Under the pieces are notes generated by a model that had not been told where the DNA came from, made no database searches, and saw only the letters and a list, made by a program, of their open reading frames with translations. The translations under genes were made by a program, and so were the position numbers. From assembly GCF_018350175.1 (NCBI RefSeq), contig NC_058368.1:167588001-167652000 (forward strand): 64,000 nucleotides of DNA. Direction: 5' to 3'. The stretch comes from Felis catus (taxonomy: Eukaryota). This document shows, in pieces, positions 12,001 to 26,740 of this stretch (position 1 is the stretch's first letter; each line of letters starts with the position of its first letter).

Positions 12001-15000
12001 TGTACACCTAAACAAAAACAATTTCAATCTGAAAAAAAAAAAAATCAGGTAACTACCAAAGCATAATGCGACATTTCAATGCTTGAAAAGGGTAGAATAA
12101 TCACAGTAGTCTATGAAAGAGTACAGGGGAAGGAACAAAACTAGGTTCCAGTAAGGACGTTGATAAATCAAAAGCCAACCTTAAAATACATGAAATTCAG
12201 GAGAACAGCACTTAATTCATGTCAAATGATACTCAACTTCATTTTTGGAATGAGGCTCCCATTATCTAGAAATATTCCAAAATTAATCCTTAGTCTACAT
12301 GAGAGCTAATATTACATTTCTAAATGCAAATTGATGAAAACTCTAGGGGGAAAAACCATTTTGAACTGTGGTTTCCAGAAGGCTTCAGGTTTAGTCATGT
12401 CAAATTAAAGGGGAGCAAAACTTCTTAAAATAACATTCTTCTCAAATCGCATCCATATGATTTAGCAAATTGATATGGCCAAAGTCAATAAATCATGATG
12501 CAGAGTTTTTATTTTAATGTACGAACGCTTTTATTTTATTTTCTGGTTTGAGCCAACTCCTTATAATTTGTAGCCCAAAGTTGGATATATATTCTTGTCT
12601 AGGCAAAACAAGATATTTCTCACGTAATGGGTTCCTGCTTTTCAATGTCAACCCGCCACCAATGAAAGAAATCATCCCCAACAGTTCAGCAGGGCACAGA
12701 GCTAGCTGCCTCTGTGGTTGTACCAACATGCAACCCATTAACTGCCTTTCACTCGGCAGCATTTGAATTTGTAGATTTTCACCACTTTTCATTGTGTAAG
12801 TGCTTCTTTTTTCTTAACCCCAGGGATTTCATTTGTGCTGACACATACCCAAGAAGCAATCTCCATGAAAGTATCCTTTTAAGGCAAGCGTTTTGTGCAC
12901 TCTTTAATGATGGGTGTTTAAGAGAAATGGTAATTATGATAGATTTTGAGCCTTAGGTAACAGACAGCCTCACAGTGAGAGGGTTCACTACATTTAAGAC
13001 CAAACTCCTCATTAAGAAATGTAGATGTATCAATTCAGTTCTGCGCAGACACACTGGCTAGTGAGGTCCAGGTTAGTAACCGCATCCATCGTAGGATGGA
13101 CAGTCTCATGAGTGAGCTGACACGCCACAAGGTCATGCTAGTTTGCCTAGACTGTGAGCAAACGAAACTTCTCAGGGACAATTAAATGTAGGAGACATTG
13201 CTGTAAATATTAAAAACATCAATGCTTTAAATATCATCCCCCTTTTCTTCTGTTTTCTTCCTATGACTTTAAAACTCTTTTGGCTTAAATGTGTTGTGTA
13301 AGCTATCACATTAGATAACCTTCATGCAAAACTACGATTCTGAAATCATAGTTTCAGACAGAAGCAATCCACATGGTCTTAACTAATGCTAGTAATAAAA
13401 CTACCATGAAAACACATTTTACATATGTGTTTGTATATACTTTGGATATATATTTCTGACCTAGATGACTCTCTCAAAACACATTCCAGATAAACATTAC
13501 TGTTAAATGAGGGGAAATAAATGAACCCTTGAACCAAGATGTCATGACCTCAATCCCTTCCCCACCCATGTACACGTAAAAGTTTTCCTATACACCTTGC
13601 TTGCAAATATGGCGAACAGAAGTTAACTTTTCATGGAGCCCAAAGTACAAAGCAGGTTCAAATTCAATACAAGGAAGTGCTTCATCTCATCCTTTATCGA
13701 TTAAAGATCTAAAACTGTGAGAAATTTCAGAAAGCCAAGACGAGTTTCAACTAAATGACATTTAAGTTTCATCCGGTACCCTCCCTCAAGTTGTCCATAA
13801 AATGGAAAATCTGATATAAAGGATTTATTTATCAGTTTACTTCAAGATATTGTTTCAAGAAAAGTTTCTCTATCAAGTTACATTATTTATTACAGCTAAC
13901 ATAACTTAGAAGCTTATCCAATTCTTGCTCGAGAAGTTAAGATCAAGTTCTCTAATATGGATGGCATAACCTTCGTCTCTTGCATGACACGACTCCTACT
14001 AGAAAATTTAAAAGCCAAACTCCATGAAAACTGTCTAGAAAGGAAAGGGAAATGTGGGCAAACACGGTCCCATAATAATCAGCAGTGAAGGTTATTAGGT
14101 TCTGGCAGGGGAGTGGGCATGATAATACTGACACAGGGCAATAATCTGTAAACCATCAGAAAAAAAGCATGAGAAGTATTTAACATTTTATAAATATTTG
14201 AGAGCAAAGCAAGCATTTCTGGTTTAAATCAACCATATTTTAAACTTTCTGGTTTTATAAGAACATCCTACTATAAATCTTTCTAAAATTTGCCTGCTTT
14301 TGTTTATTTTATTTTCTTGAGGCCAGTAATGACCACAACAAATACCTAAATGCTGAACTAAGCAAAGATTCTATCCCTAAATTTTATGTGGGAGGCTTAA
14401 ATTTCTTATGTAAAGCCAACGACAGTAAATAAGTTCATTATTGGTCACTTTCCTTTTGTTAAACCATAACCAAAAGAAAACAAAGTAATAAAATAAATAA
14501 AAATAAAACCTTTATGGAATCATAAGGGGAATCAAAAGTCTGGAAAAAACAAAACTATTGCCATATTCTCTCCAATCCCTAATCCACCCCAAAAAAGATT
14601 TCTAGTTAAAATAAGTCCTTTCAATCTATAATATTTAGAATGACAAGAGAGGTCCTGTGACTCCATCCTGCTTCCAGCATCTGTCAAGAAAATCACAGAC
14701 CTAACTCTCAATTCATGGGAGAATGCTAACAGGGGATGAATAATGCTTCAGAGGGAGAAAGCATATTATTAGAAAGGTTCAAGACCAAATATTCACAGCA
14801 CTGCAAAGTTTTGTTTTGGTTTTTTGTTTGTTTTTTTTTTTTTTGCTTTTCAAGTATGAGTTATTGAATTTAAAAATACAGATGAACAAGTTATTTTTGG
14901 TGGATAATCCTCAACATAGAAGACAAATATGAGATATACATGATACCTAATGAGATACATATAAATATACTCATGTGTGTATCCAGTTTAAAATTTTAAA

Positions 15001-15402
15001 GTCCTGAGAGAGGAAAAAAAAACAAGCTAACAGTTTACTTTTTTAGGTCTTTTTTTTTTTTTTTTTGCATTTCAGTTACTTTTAATCATAAAACTGCCTT
15101 TAGGGGCCCCCACCATCCAATCTATACACCAAATCTTATCAAAGATACATAAGCTGAATCCCAGAATACTATAGAAGCAGAGACTCAACAATGCAGGTCT
15201 GCAGGTACTAAGAATCCAGGCTTCAGTTACAAAGGTGTTTCTTTGAAAGCACAACATGTTACTTGGGGAATTTAACAGTCTCCCACTTTTCTCCAGCCCA
15301 TATCCTCACATACAGAAGACTAACACGCATGCATTGGGATTTAACATACAGGACATAATTGACACTTTCTAGAATATTACTGCTTTGAAAATGGCAGCGA
15401 TA

Positions 15403-15610
15403 GCGGTGCCTGGGTTGGGTGGCCGACTTCGGCTTGGGTCATGATCCCACAGTTCATGGGTTCGTGCCCCATGTCGGGCTCTGTGCTGACAGCTCAGAGC
15501 CTGGAGCCTGCTTCAGATTCTGTGTCTCCCTCTCTCTCTACTTCTCCCTCACTCACAGTCTGTCTCTCTCTATCAAAAATAAATAAACATTAAAAAAAAC
15601 TTAAAAAAAA
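15403..15610 (+). mobile_element. CanSINE (SINEC_Fc-type) with a disrupted A-box region
   Basis: Typical body 'gggctctgtgctgacagctcagagcctggagcctgcttcagattctgtgtctccc'. Diverged TSD gaaaatggcagcgat / gacaatggtagcaat. Confidence 0.93.
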
Positions 15611-15699
15611 GACAATGGTAGCAATGGGCAGCAGTATTCACTTGGTAAGATTAATAATAGGATACGTAGTGGTTTAAATAATAGCCGTAGCAGAGGCTG

Positions 15700-15930
15700 C
15701 AGAGAGAAATGGTAAAAGCTACAGTCTGTGGGGGTTTATAATCCCAGTTCTGCCATTTGCTAACCAAGTAACCTTCATCAATATATTCAATCTATGTCTT
15801 TATTTCCTTATCTGTAAAATGAAGGTGACAATAATGGAAACTACCTCACTATAGAAATTATAGGACTTAACATATCCACAGTGCTTGAAAAGAGACTGAT
15901 GCAAAGTAAGAGCTATGTAAATGATTTCTT
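15700..15930 (+). mobile_element. MIR SINE
   Basis: 'aatcccagttctgccatttgcta..tttccttatctgtaaaatgaaggtgacaataa..ctacctca'. Confidence 0.8.
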
Positions 15931-16079
15931 ATTTCAAGACCGCCATGCAGACTACGAACATAGTAAGCGCTCACTCAGCAAAGGGCCCGATCCAGCACAG
16001 TGGGAGCCAGCAGCAGCACTTTCATTCTAATGGCACAGGTTAATAAGGGCAAACTTTACCAGTTACTAGTGTCTTTAGA

Positions 16080-16940
16080 AACACTGAACAAATAAATAAA
16101 CAAGCACCTCACCTCACTTATTGATCATCAAAGAAATGTATGTCAAAACAATGGCTCTTTCTTGTTCATTAAATGAGAGCCTTAAACAACAACAAAAAAT
16201 ACCCAGTTCTGATTAAGAGTATAATGAAACTATAAAGCGATCTGACACTACTACCAAGAATTAATACAATGTTTATGCTGTTTGACCCAATGATCCTACT
16301 ACTCTATCCTAGAGAAAAACCAAAACGTGACAAAAGCTTTAAGACAGAAAATTTTTCTTGAGTTATTTACGTGCCATTTATATTATGAAAAACCAGAAGT
16401 GATATATGTGTCTAATAATAAGAAATAGTAATTCAGTATTTTTAAATAGTAAGCAGGTTTGGAATATGCCACATGTAACGGATTTCTCCTTCTTGAACTA
16501 TTCATGATTATTCATATATTACAAGCACTGACTCAGACTTAATGTCATTTCTTTAATCCAGTATTTCCCAAATATACCTATAACAGAAACCTGGAGTGGG
16601 AGATAGTTAGTATGCACTATTTGTCATTAAGCTGGAGTGCCATGGAACGGGGTAGAAAAGTATTGGTTAAGTAAGTGATGGTTAAGCTTAATAAAAATTT
16701 ATGCAGCCGTTAACAAGAATAGCTTTCAGTACTACAGAGGCTGCTTCCAGCAATATGAGAAGATATTTACTATACGAGGTTAAGGGAAAAAGGGTCAGAC
16801 TCAATCAATTAATTAATAGTCAAGCATATGAGAAAAGCTCAAATGGAAATATCCCAACATGAGTTGTAGAATTATGTGTAAATATTTCTGTAATGTGATG
16901 CTACTTCTCTACTGAAAACAAGTTCATAATAAAAATAAAA
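16080..16940 (+). mobile_element. Highly decayed L1 (L1ME-like) remnant
   Basis: Patches such as 'cacctcacttattgatcatcaaagaaatg', 'tttgacccaatgatcctactact' and 'aaaccagaagtgatatatgtgtctaataataagaaatag'. Confidence 0.5.
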
Positions 16941-18909
16941 CCAATGTGATTCAGCGATATCAAGTCCCATCTTCCTTCTTCCCGATTTAGAAGTGTAGTT
17001 TGTTTGTTTATCTGGTTGTTACTTTAATAAGGCCTGAGGGGAGAATCCTTACTGAAAGTGACCTGTAACAAGAAAGTAGAAAACAAACAGAGCGATCTTT
17101 CAGCTTCACCAGAGGAATACATGGAAGCAGCCAGCCCTGTCAATTTGAAAGAGGCTAATGAAACATTATCTGCAGGTGAGCGGACTGTCTCCCAGCATTA
17201 CAACTCTAAACTACAAATGATTTCCTAACCACAGAGGTAACCACTATACAGATACTTTGAAAGACAAATGAGAATGTTGCCACATGCAAGGTCAATCACA
17301 AACTTCCCAGACAACCTGGCTGTCCCTTCTTCCCCGGAAGATGATCTAGGGGAGCCGGTGGGGAACACACCTGAGAGAGTGATACCACAGTCACTTTCTG
17401 AGTGTGGATTTTAGCAGCCTGGCATACATACCTATTTGTATTTGTGTATACACAAAATAAAATTTATGTATAAATTAAAAAAAACCACACACTTCAGAAA
17501 CTGTGACGTTCATTTTGTTGGAGAAAATAAATAAACAACAATTTCCAATCCTTATAACTGTCTGAAAATCGTTACCACAGTTTCAGGCTATTGTACAGGA
17601 TCATGGTAAGCTAAGAACTATGGGGGTAGAAAAATAAAAAGCTAATCAAGGAGAGACAGTTCACTTTTACCTATGAACATTATTAACATATCAACTCCCC
17701 ATGTTTGCTGAGACCGTGATTTTATTTGATGCAATACAATCTATTCAGGGATTTTTTTTCTTTTCTTTTTATGACCTAATGATGCATTTTATTTTTAATT
17801 AAATTTTATTTTAAAGTACAGAGTATGTATAAAAGCCAAAGCAAGTATGCAGCATCTGTTCACTGCATCTGCACTCCACTACCACAAAAATTAACCTTAA
17901 TCTAAAGAGGCACAAATGGGTTTTTATGCCATCAGGAGACCCAAGTATTTAAAAATCAATGACTGTCCACCCAGACAAAGAACAGCTGTTTCTTAATATT
18001 GCAACTCTACATTGAGCCCATGTTCAACCCCCAATGACTAACCTAAAACTGCCCACACTCTTGCTTTCCCCAGCTGAAACTGTCAGAGAAGGACACTGTC
18101 TAAAAGCCATGAACTGGATTAAGTATACACAAGGCAGACTGGACCTGGCCTAACCAGATGGCATTATGAGAGGCACCTTCTATTGTCATCACTCAACACT
18201 TTAGTAAAATCCTAATCAATCTTACTTCCTGTGTCCAGAAATCTACCTAAGGACATAATTTAGCCACTTATGTTAAAAAGGCCAAGGAATATTGAGAGTG
18301 GAGTGATTCCCAACCCTCTGAAACAGGGGTTCTCTCCCTAGAACCCAGGAGACCTTTACAGAATGCCGGTCGCATATCAAGGCAGGCCTAACGTCCTCTG
18401 AAATGAATGTGCCTTTAATTTTCTCAAATGTTATATGGAGAGAGAAGGAAAATTAGCATGTGCAAAATAAAAAGAAAACAAGGTTGGGAGAGTGGGCACA
18501 GTTTTCCTTAGAACACTGGGATTTTTCTAGAAATCCCAGGGACCATTTTAATCCCAGAATTCCATAGGGGAGAGTAGGAGGGAGAAAAATCTCAGAAATC
18601 ATAGAAGACAGAGCTATGTTCTGTGTGACATCTAAAATGTCATTTTGCCTCCTACCTACCCCACCTCAAAGCAAAACACTAGATTAGATAAACTTGAAGA
18701 CAACCCATGTGGCACCATTCTTATACGGTTTTCCTGATTCACTCTAAAAACCAAATTTTAAAAGACACATATTGGGACAAATGATTAGATAATATAAGAA
18801 CACTACTAGGCAGCTTCCAAAAAGAATTAAGGAACAATGACACATTATTTTCTCTTCTAATTCTGAGGTACTCTGTACCACCTGACTTCCAACAGGTTCA
18901 TCTCTTTAA

Positions 18910-19098
18910 TTTTTTTTTAAGTTTATTTATTTATTTTTGGGAGAGAGACCAGGGGAGGGGCAGAGAGAGAACCTGAAGCAGCCTCTGTGCTGCCAGCACA
19001 AAGCCCAACACGGGGCTCAAACCCACAAGTTGTGAGATCATGACTTGAGCCGAAACCAAGAGTTGAGGGTTTGGCCAACGGAGCCACCCAGGCACCCC
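18910..19098 (-). mobile_element. CanSINE, sense-oriented relative to EFNA5
   Basis: Reverse head 'gagccacccaggcacccc' and T-tail. TSD agg(t/c)tcatctctttaa at 18894-18909 and 19099-19114. Confidence 0.94.
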
Positions 19099-22000
19099 AG
19101 GCTCATCTCTTTAAATGAGGTCTCAGGAGATCTAATGAATGAGGTTCTCTTGCCATATTAGTGCCCACCCCTACCATGAGGGACTCCCTACCACAGGGGT
19201 TCTGATAAGCTTTAGACCTTATGACTTAAGTGGTGGCACCCCTGGTTGGTCACAGAATCAGTTCCAGTGATTTAAGGGAGCACGAGTTAAGTGGGTTGAG
19301 CAATCATGGAGAGTATCCTCTCTTGACTACACAGAAATCCATCCCTCCGCTTTCTTCCCAGTCTACTCTTTGGGATCCATGGACTCCCCCTTACAGTGAT
19401 CTGCTATGCCCCTCGTGTCCTGGGGTACCTCCTGGACACAACCATCTGGGCCCTGAAAGGGACCGCGGTCCTCAGCCTGAATGGTGATTGTCTCCAGAAG
19501 CGTCTTTACTGTGTTTCAAGCATCATGGCTTATTAAAACCCCGAAGGGAAGTAATCCCTGAATGCCACTAAAAGATCTCCAGCTGCTACCGTTTATGAAG
19601 TAGGCTTGACAAGAGAGGGGGGAGGAAAAGGGGGGGGGACAGGAAGGACGGGAAGAGAGACGAATTTAGACAAGGGCAAGTTATCCAAACAGAGCCCCCA
19701 TCAAAAAAGAGTCATGTTTTATCAGCTTAAGCTTTCCTGCCTCCTTTCCCAAAGGTATTTCCCCCCCCTCAACTCTCATTAATTCTCCTTTATAGCTGTC
19801 TGCTTGCTTTAAAAAATAATAATAGTAAAAGCAGCACATGGCAAGAGAAAGTCTGTGAATGTGTGAAAATTAGAAAGACGAGCTAGATGAATTACCTGGA
19901 AACAGGACTGAATACGTCTTCCCTAAATATCTAGGAAGAAAATGGTTTTTTCATGGAAAAGAATTAGAGTAGCTCTCAGTATCTGTCTCTCCCTTCTTCA
20001 TTCTTTTGAAAAGGTCTTTTCATCTCATTAAGTTAAGCTGATTAATAAAAATTCAGCAGTTTGTCCATGGATCCTTTAGAAGTGGTGATACAAGCTGAAA
20101 GATGCAGGCAGAAGGTTTTTGTGCTGGACACAATAAGGGGGATGACTTCTTAAATCCATAGTTGTCATCCTCCATTAGAGAGAAATAGTCACCTGGGCTC
20201 AGATTCGTCAGAAAAACATAGTATCGTCAGAAAAACTTGTCATCTCCTAGTACCCTTCGGAAAAAGTTTAGTCCTCACTTATAAATAAAAGGAAAGAAAA
20301 AGAAACATTTAGGAAAAAAGTACGAGAATATTTTGCTTCATTCCCAAAATTATTTACACAAATTAATGAACAAAACTTAGCCTATAGAGAAAGCTTCATT
20401 AAAGGGAAAAAGCAGTGTTATCCAAACAAGCAGATAAATTTGGTTATTCATTCATCAATAACTGTTTAGTCTGTCATCAAAAATATTTTTGTTAGTTACT
20501 TAGTCAGTACCTAACACACAGCAGATGCTCAGGAGTTCATATACAAATTTCCTCAACAAATTTTTTAAAACCGTTTACTTTTAAAGATGACAACATTGTC
20601 AATTACATAAAACATCATGACTTGCAAATGTTTTCAACTGTTCAAGTACGAGTTAAATTCATCCAGAAAAAAAAAAAAACCCATAAAATTATGCAATATC
20701 TGTTAAGTGACAAGCTCCAAACAAGGGGATAGAAAGATGAGTAAGTCTGCCTCGTAGGACTTGTATTTTCTTAGCCATCTTTAACCTGCGTAACACTAAC
20801 TTGTTAATTTGTATTTTATCCAAAGCATTTTTCCCAGCTGAATAAATTAAATCTACACTACCATTCATGAAATTTTGTTTAAAAGTCCCCCTAAATTCAC
20901 TATTCACATGTTAACAACACTGCCCAAATTTCTCTCAAGTCTTTGGATATATGTGACAGAGTTTTTACTACCCTCTTAACTAATCTGCCCACAATATATT
21001 GGACCAAGTTTTATAGTCTGGTTATATCATTAAATTTGCCCTAAAACAGCAAGCCAAATAAATATTTTTGTCCGAATCTCACTTCAAAGGGATTTGGGGG
21101 GAAGTTTTTCTCTTTTACTCTTATGATATGGACATTGCATATATTTAAAGTCATCTAGACTTTACAAAACCACCCCCAAATATTTCAAGTGTTAGGCATT
21201 TTTAAAGATGTAATTCTTGATACATCTAAATAAATACAGTAATAAATAAATACCTAAGCACCATGAAAGACTCATCCTAAGCTTTGACCAAATCAACTAT
21301 TTAGCTATTAATGTTTCCTCTACATAAATATGGAGGATTCAGTACATTAAAAAAGCCAAACTCATTTGACCACACATTCTCTGTGGCCAAAAGCCTGTCA
21401 CCTGTTTTGCCATCATCAATCCATCTCTTCAAATATCTAAGAGGCTGAGACCAAACAATCAGCTGAGAAAAACAAGGAATAGGGATCTATTTACACTTCT
21501 GTGAAGAATAATCATAGGTTAGCTGTGGCTGACAATTACCAAATAAAAAATGGGTTAACTAAAGCAGAGCCCCTTTCTATGAAATACAAGGTGAGCAGAA
21601 TCTAAACAAATACTATATGTGTAATGGCATTATCATTTTGATACTTGAAAAATTCTACAAAGTGCCTACTATGTGTCAGGCAGTATGCTAACTAGAGTAA
21701 ACACAGATTAATAAGGTGTGACCCTGACCCCAAAGCAATTACAATGTATTTGGTGTAACTTTAGTGAAGTGGGTTAGTTGTTATTGAAGGATACCACAGG
21801 GTAACGGGGAGAAGACCCCTAAATAAACATGTTGGTGCTAATTCTTCCTTTTACCAAATCTACTTAAGTTCTTGGGTCTCCTTGTAAACACAGAAACAGG
21901 ACGGGTCACGCATATTCATTCACGTTGTACGTGTCATTTTGAAAGAGGTAGCTGTTGACAGAACCTCAAAACCACTGCTTCTGAGAAATAAAGTATTTAC

Positions 22001-24324
22001 TTGGAGATGGGGGGAATACTGTTACTTAGTGCCAGTGGGTACTGTTACCGAACATGGTTCTTAAGATGGAATTTCCTTCATTCCAAAGAAATGTGAAAAA
22101 AATCTTAGTGAAAAAGCTTCATCATGTAGGATTTTGTGTGTGTAAAATATCCACATTGGAAATCAGTTCTCCAAGTTCCTCCGAACATAGTAATTTTATT
22201 ATATAAATTCCACTGAAATGGGGACTTTTGAATATTTCTACCAGCACACCGTAGGCAGCTAACAAGCATGTTTAAGTTAAATATATAGGATAGTTATAAT
22301 ACGCATAATAAGAGCCCTATAGTACAAATTAGATTTTTTTTCCCCACATAGGATCTTGGTGACGTTATTACTCTGATAACAACATATTAAATACAAGCAA
22401 ATGGCATAGTAGATAAGATAATTAGCAGGAAAGATAAAATGCAGCTTATGTATGTATTTAAATAAAATTATCTGTTTTGCATATTAACTAAAACCGATGC
22501 ATTTCTATCTTATGCAATTCTGGACACCTAGGAAGCAGACAACCTTTTCAGTGTAAGAATACAACTGCTATAAATGCATTTTCTTCAGCATCTCACAATT
22601 GTGCCATAGGTACAACTATCAGATTAATAGTAACCCAAAATCTGTACAAAAGAAACAATTTAAAATCACAGTCCCATAAATAGCATTGTTCTAACAACGA
22701 GCTCTTATTTTAAAAATGTATCTCAATACACATAACTATATTGTTAACTGGAAATGAATATTAACAAAATAAATCTACTTTAATATTCATTCTGATAACC
22801 AAAAGTCAAAGATGACACAAGTACAAGCTAATGGAAAAAACAAAAACAAAAACAAACAAAACCAGATTCCACAAAAGTTAAACTTGCATTCTTAAATTCA
22901 GTCAGACTGCTTTCATTAGCGACCAAGGAAGTGAAAAACATTAAGTTCATGTCCAACAAATTACCAAATGCAGAAACACACTGGCAAACACATATCTCAC
23001 TGTCGGTAATGGCGGCAGCTCACAGATCAATCTACTTGGATGAGACCAAGACCTCACCTCTAAGAGGACACATCTTCGTGCTCTGTGATTGTGATTAGTC
23101 CACTGAAAACCCACAGTGCCACAGGAAATGGGGTGAATCCAGTCCAATCTACCCATGAAACTGATTAAGAATAATTTGACTACAAACTGCTGAGAAAATA
23201 GACCCTGAAGTAGGTCAGGCGTTTCCAAACAAATGAGACAATTTTTTCTCTGTAAGCAGGTCTGTCCCATGCAAGGAGGGCATAAAACAGGTGAGTCGGG
23301 TAATAATTACTTATTACTATGTATTTACCTATCTCTACGTTTACCATAATCTTGATGCACATGCATTTAATAACTTGTTAAAAATTTAATTGATTTTCTG
23401 ACTGAATCACTCTTGCTTGTATAATGAGCTGGCATCTTAAACTCATTTGAAAGATTCAGTGTGTCTTGTCCACTTATGTTTATAATGGCTATTAAAGTAA
23501 CTTTTGAAATGTTAATTTCATATTACAGAGTCTACCATGATGATACCATTTTTAATAATCATATACAAAATCAATATGCAAAATTAGATGAGCTATATAA
23601 AAAAAGGACTGTGACAGTGGATTCCTATTTATAGAACTTATGATAAAGATTTATATTGTATAATTGTATGCTGTGTTCTATTACTTATACATTTACCCAA
23701 TTTTCTAAAGTCCCCCCATTCTACTTCGTATTTCCTCCTAAAGACAAAGGAAAAACAAATAAAAACCAAAGTTTAAGTATATCAATTTATGATAAATCTT
23801 AGAGCTGTGAACTAAAAAACAATTTTTATCCTAGGTTCTTCTTTCTCTTCTTATGAAACAGTTTCTCTTTTTTTTTTTTTAACTCTTCTGAATTTTTAGA
23901 ACCAAACTAAATTGGGAGTTTCAACAGACACGATTCAGTCAGATCTCCCTGTATTAAATTTCAGGATTGGACTCATCAACTTGGATGAGACTGGTCGGCT
24001 GGTATGGGTAGTTATATACCTGTCATGCATTATTTCTCTTACTGCTTCACTGTAACCTCAGCATGTTTGTCCAGATAAATCCTTGAAATAATGTTCAGAA
24101 ATAGCAGAAAAAACACTTAAAAAAAAAACTGTAAGTCATGTTTGAAGGTAAAAAAGCAATATAACCTGTGTGTTCTCTTCAAAAATTTATACATGTTATA
24201 AGATACATATGTATTAGTTCCACTGCACTGATAAAAACTGAGGACGGGTGGGTGAATAAACTGTATGCTTTAACTAAGGAATTTGGCGACCAAAAAAGAT
24301 TCATGGAAAGTTGAAAATAACCTC

Positions 24325-25330
24325 CCAGAGGACAACAATCCTCTTATTTCACAGATGAGGAAACTCAGCTTGACCAAGGTTAAGTGACTTGCCCAAGGTC
24401 AAACAGTTAAGTAGTGTCAAAGCCTCGACACATCTCAGACCCTCGAGTCAGATGCTCTAGCTTAAGAGATCAACTAATCCAATCACTTTGTTATAAAGAT
24501 GAATAACAGAGTCCCAGAGCATTCGGTGATTTGCTTAAGGTCAAATATCTAGTGGGTAGAAAACAAAAAATGACACCCATATCACCTTACTCCAGGGCTT
24601 GGGGTGTGTGCGTGTACGTGTGTGTTTTAAGATATTACTTCATCTATCAAACAGACAAAATCAGAAAGGAGAATTTTCACACAATTAACATATGAGTTCA
24701 GTTAGATTACCAAAACATTTGGCAATAGGCAGGCAAGAAAACGAAATGAATTAAGGAAATCTATGGGCAAGCAATACATCTACAGATTAATACTCAAATG
24801 ATTAATTCTCCAAATTAATCAGAACAATAATAATAATACCTAGATAACACTGAGGGATTATTATAAACCAGGCATTTTACATGTGAGTACTTTCTCACCG
24901 AATCACCACTGATTATACATGCACACTATTTTACAGAAGTGGAAACAGGGTTAGAGAAAAGAGTTGGCATCAGAACCTAGGTCACCCCAACACCGCAGTC
25001 AGTCAATGCTCTCCCCTTGACCCATTTCTGTATCATTATAAAATTCTTTTGTACATAAAAAGACAATGAAAAAATACAGAAATTCATTCAGCAGTATTAC
25101 TAGTTAACATTTTAATAGCCACATACTACGTTCCAGGCATCGTTCTCACGTAACACATCACTTAATCTCCACAGTAAGCCTATCGGACGAATACATTATT
25201 AGTCTCATCTAAGACGAGGAAGACGAAGCAGGGAAAGGTCAAGAACTTGTCCAGGACCACTGACGGCACCTAGTAAGTGTAGGAGCTGATAACGGTACCC
25301 AGAACCTGCCCAGACTCTTAACCATCACGG
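24325..25330 (-). mobile_element. Cluster of MIR fragments (~24325-24600, ~24830-25020, ~25100-25330)
   Basis: Repeated MIR core, e.g. 'tttcacagatgaggaaactcag..aggttaagtgacttgcccaaggtca' and 'ttttacagaagtggaaacaggg'. Confidence 0.75.
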
Positions 25331-26589
25331 TCCAGCTCTTGTGTATAGTTTCTGCATGCAAACCTGATCCTTGACCCCAAGAATCTTATGATCTAGCAAT
25401 GGCAACAGAACATACCCAAAGCTGCAGACAGTGTACACAAGCTACACTATTATCCACATACCAACATTATTCATACAAACAACTGAAGTGGAAGGAGGGG
25501 CGACAACTTCCGCTGCAGAGGCACAAAGGGCTGTGCACGACAGATGAAAGCACCTAACATGTCCAGGCACACGTTTCAACTAAAAGACCTGGGTGAGTCT
25601 AACAAAGCAGATGTCCGTAATGGATAAGGTGCCAGAAGTCTTTCTTTCCCCTGCATGTTGTTCTTCTGGAGATTAGGTGGGAATCTGATCCACCCACATC
25701 CTATCGGGAGACTTTTGTCTTTGAAACTAATCAGAAATAATTTACTGGCTGTTAAGCAATAGGGCAAAAACTCCTGTGCCGGAAGGAAGCCACAGGAAGG
25801 GAAACGAGATGAAGGGTGGGTTGGGGGGGGAAGATTTGTGACGCAAAAGAACACAGAGTCCATTTAAGCGTTCACATACTGCTCCCCATAGCTTAAAAAA
25901 CACTTATTTCTTGCTGAAAATGTGTTTACTGTGAAGTAGGCAGAGTTGCATTCAAAATCTGTAAGTAAATCCATATCGTTATTATGCAAACCAAACCTGA
26001 CTGAAAGAGCAGGAATTGAGATTAAGTATAGGGGAAAATTTCCTGACCATATGATTGTTAAACTCTGAAACTTTATTTAAGGAATATTCAGAATTTCTTC
26101 TGAAATTTTTCAAAAATAGCTCTATCCCTTGGCCAGCCCTCCGGAATCAGGCATACCTGAATGCTGAGGAGGAAGGCCAGCTGGCATGTGAACCACCTAG
26201 CAGTCTGATTATTCTTCACATGTAATACACACCGTATATACATGTGGCCTCACAATTAGCTCCAAAAAAAACAAAAAAACAAAAAAATAAAAAACAACAA
26301 CAATCCACAGAACATTTAACCCCTGGCTGTACTGATTATCTGGTGTGAGTGCAAAGTTGTGGTTTGCTACCTCAATTGATTACATGCTCTACAAGGAGGA
26401 ATGTTTCAGTGTGCATTTTTAACCCTCTCTTCAGATTAGCATACATACAATCCTCTATCATTCCTCGCCACTGTGCCTCCTTGGAAATTCTGCCCCAACG
26501 TCACCTTTTAACATTTCACTGAATTCTGTTAGACAAAGTGTGTCCTCACTCCACATAGCCTGCCTAAGCGGTCAAAGGTCACTTAATTG

Positions 26590-26740
26590 GCCAAGTTCAA
26601 AGTGTATAAAACTCCGTTTTCTCATCTGTAAAACAACGATCATTATACCTCCCTCATAAAAGCTGTTGCCAGGATTAAATAAGTGATAAGGAATGTGAAC
26701 TCTGTAATGGTATACAATAAGAGCTCAATAAAGGGAAGCT
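26590..26740 (+). mobile_element. MIR SINE fragment
   Basis: 'ctccgttttctcatctgtaaaacaacgatcattatacctccctcataaaagctgttgccaggattaaataag'. Confidence 0.8.

Noticed and set aside
20205..20236. 13-bp direct repeat TCGTCAGAAAAAC x2
   Set aside because: An ordinary small slippage duplication with no further structure.
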